A stretch of DNA of 25,201 nucleotides, taken from positions 1 to 25,201 of the forward strand of contig CAXIUT010000256.1 of NCBI GenBank assembly GCA_964035545.1, written 5' to 3'. This stretch comes from Bugula neritina. Taxonomy: Eukaryota; Animalia; Bryozoa. The position numbers and the translations under genes were made by a program. Positions 23,401 through 25,201 of this stretch are shown one piece after another. Below the pieces are notes generated by a model. The model did not search any database. It was not told where the DNA came from and saw only the letters and a program-made list of their open reading frames with translations. Within the stretch, counting starts at the first letter, position 1, and each line of letters begins with the position of its first letter.

Positions 23401-25079
23401 ATGTAGAAGTAGCTGCATCGACACTACACTACCTACGATACTAATGGAGGTATATATGTTGATATGTAGAGTATAACCGTCGTGGAGTATTTTAGGTTCA
23501 GTCTTAGAGACATGCTTATGAAATAGATGACTATCGGAGGATTTAAATATTTAATGATAAGTTTTTTAGTTTAAAAGAAATTGATAATACCTTTGCTGAT
23601 AGTCCTGGAGTGAAGAATAATCAAAAATATAAAGATATTCAGCAAATATTCAAGAAATATAATTAAGATATTATGCCAATAAGAGGGCAATCACCTTATG
23701 GTTTTCATGCGAAGAAATAGATAATGGATATAACGATGTCGATGTTTATTTTGATGGTGTTATCTCCATCAGTTGAGACAAAGATGACTATTTTATAAAA
23801 AACTCATGAGTGGCTTTTGAAATAACTTAATCGTAAAAATTAGAGAAAACCTAAAAGAAATCTATTGGTTGAGTTGAATTAGTTATTTAAATAAAAATAA
23901 ATTAAATAGATTAAATAATAGGATTTGATTTTACCTACTTTCAAATCAAAAATATAGCTTTAAGATTATTTGAAGAAAGCGAGGACAAGATATCGAGATC
24001 GAGATGCGCCTGCGTTTTAGTTGGAAGGGTATAATACTCGAAAGATTAATATCAATCATCGGAATATGGCGGATGAGTAGAAAGATAAAAGGAAGCGATT
24101 TGCTACTGTGAATTATAGTAGAGTAAAGGATTATTCTCTTTTGAGTAGTGTGAGAGAACCGTATTAATAAAATTTTATTCAATTTCAAGAGAAAATGACA
24201 CAAAATTTAGTTACTATTGAAACTATGCCCAATACAACTGAAGACAGGAAGTAAAATATAATATCTAATACTGAATAAATCAATAAGCAGCCACTAACTA
24301 GATCAATTCATAATTCTAATGGAGAACTTCCATCCAATGAAAACTTGTTATAAAATAATCGACATGATTTTGGATATTAGTATTAATACTAGTATGAGGA
24401 ATCAGAAAAAGAGAAGAAGGGTAAGTTGGATAAGAAACCTAAGGGATTTATACAGAGGAATCCTCATCCTAATGATGTTGAATAGATTCATCCTGTTTTT
24501 AATAAAATGGAACAGTATATTTATAATAAAAATAATTTGAGAAATAGATAGGAATAAAATTTTGTTCAGAGAGTGTCTGATTGGGCGGGTACTAAATCTA
24601 AATTTAAAACAGAACTTGCGAGAAAGATAGAATCAAGTAAAATATTTTTTGGGAATAAATAAAAAGGGAGTGAAGTTAAAGATGAGATCAATCAGTTTAA
24701 AGTTAATAATGCCATTAGACATGGTAGAAAATTTATTAGAGAAGATTTTTCAGGTGAAAGACTTCCTACTGAGCAGGGAATGTCGATATATGCTAGAAGT
24801 AGAAATAAAGTTTCATCAGTGAGGACCGCAAGAACATTGGAATCTATTCTTAAAGAACATAGTAGAGAAAAGACTTCTGAAAGTTTGATGGAGGAGGTTG
24901 AAGATTTAAAGGAAAAGTTATCTAAGAAAAAGGTGTATGCTTCTCTTGCTCTCTTGAAAAAGTCAATTGTTCCACCTTAAGAGGTCGAAGTTTCACTTAC
25001 AGGAAGGCTAGAGAAACCAATAGGTCTTTTATCTAATCCTTTGATGAAGAAAAAGAAAAAGAAGAGAAAATTGACTTGA
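23401..25079 (+). CDS. Hypothetical protein, about 552 aa, with C-terminal poly-Lys; intron 23450-23469
   Basis: Begins ATG TAG AAG TAG (MEKE...). One 20-nt intron gives a TGA-free frame ending LLSNPLMKKKKKKRKLT-TGA. Confidence 0.8.
23450..23469 (+). other. 20-nt spliceosomal intron
   Basis: GTATATATGTTGATATGTAG. Confidence 0.75.
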
Positions 25080-25120
25080 AAGTGATTGCTTTTATTTTTA
25101 TTATTTATTATATTTATTTA

Positions 25121-25201
25121 GGGGTTGGGGTTGGGGTTGGGGTTGGGGTTGGGGTTGGGGTTGGGGTTGGGGTTGGGGTTGGGGTTGGGGTTGGGGTTGG
25201 G
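25121..25201. repeat. Right telomere, (GGGGTT)n
   Basis: Perfect G4T2 array at the 3' end, complementary to the left end. Confidence 0.99.

Noticed and set aside
1262-24980. The supplied short standard-code ORFs as independent genes
   Set aside because: They are fragments of long TAR-readthrough genes, wrong-frame ORFs or antisense shadows; TAA and TAG are not stops here.
162-25079. Standard ciliate code (TAR=Gln) or a split code (TAA=Lys, TAG=Glu)
   Set aside because: TAA sits at the kinase hinge Glu and alternates with TAG/GAG in YEYEYE, and Gln positions in the Q-containing tail use CAA/CAG.
1-25201. Linear virus, plasmid, transposon, CRISPR array or RNA genes
   Set aside because: The ends are simple telomere repeats rather than unique TIRs. 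I recognised no transposase, polymerase, capsid, repeat-spacer array, tRNA or rRNA, and the spacers leave little room for them.

Overview
This window is a complete, telomere-to-telomere ciliate macronuclear minichromosome of about 25 kb, with (CCCCAA)n at 1-92 and (GGGGTT)n at 25121-25201. The supplied standard-code ORF track is mostly misleading. By hand translation, TAA and TAG are sense codons that best read as Glu (peritrich-type code, NCBI table 30), and TGA is the only stop. With that code and tiny 20-22 nt GT-AG introns, 14 tightly packed genes cover about 94% of the non-telomeric DNA. They encode a divergent UAP1-like protein, an Mpv17/PMP22-like protein, a type I membrane protein, an ER-resident (EDEL) thioredoxin-fold protein, a TPR protein, TMEM234, a tandem-pseudokinase multipass membrane protein, a PH/START-like OSBP, a K/E-rich signal-anchored protein, a CSC1/OSCA/TMEM63 channel and four hypothetical proteins. 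Eight single-base frameshifts, all at short homopolymers in the right half, interrupt otherwise intact genes; long-read error is most likely, but programmed frameshifting is not excluded. All family calls are from manual motif recognition, not database searches.
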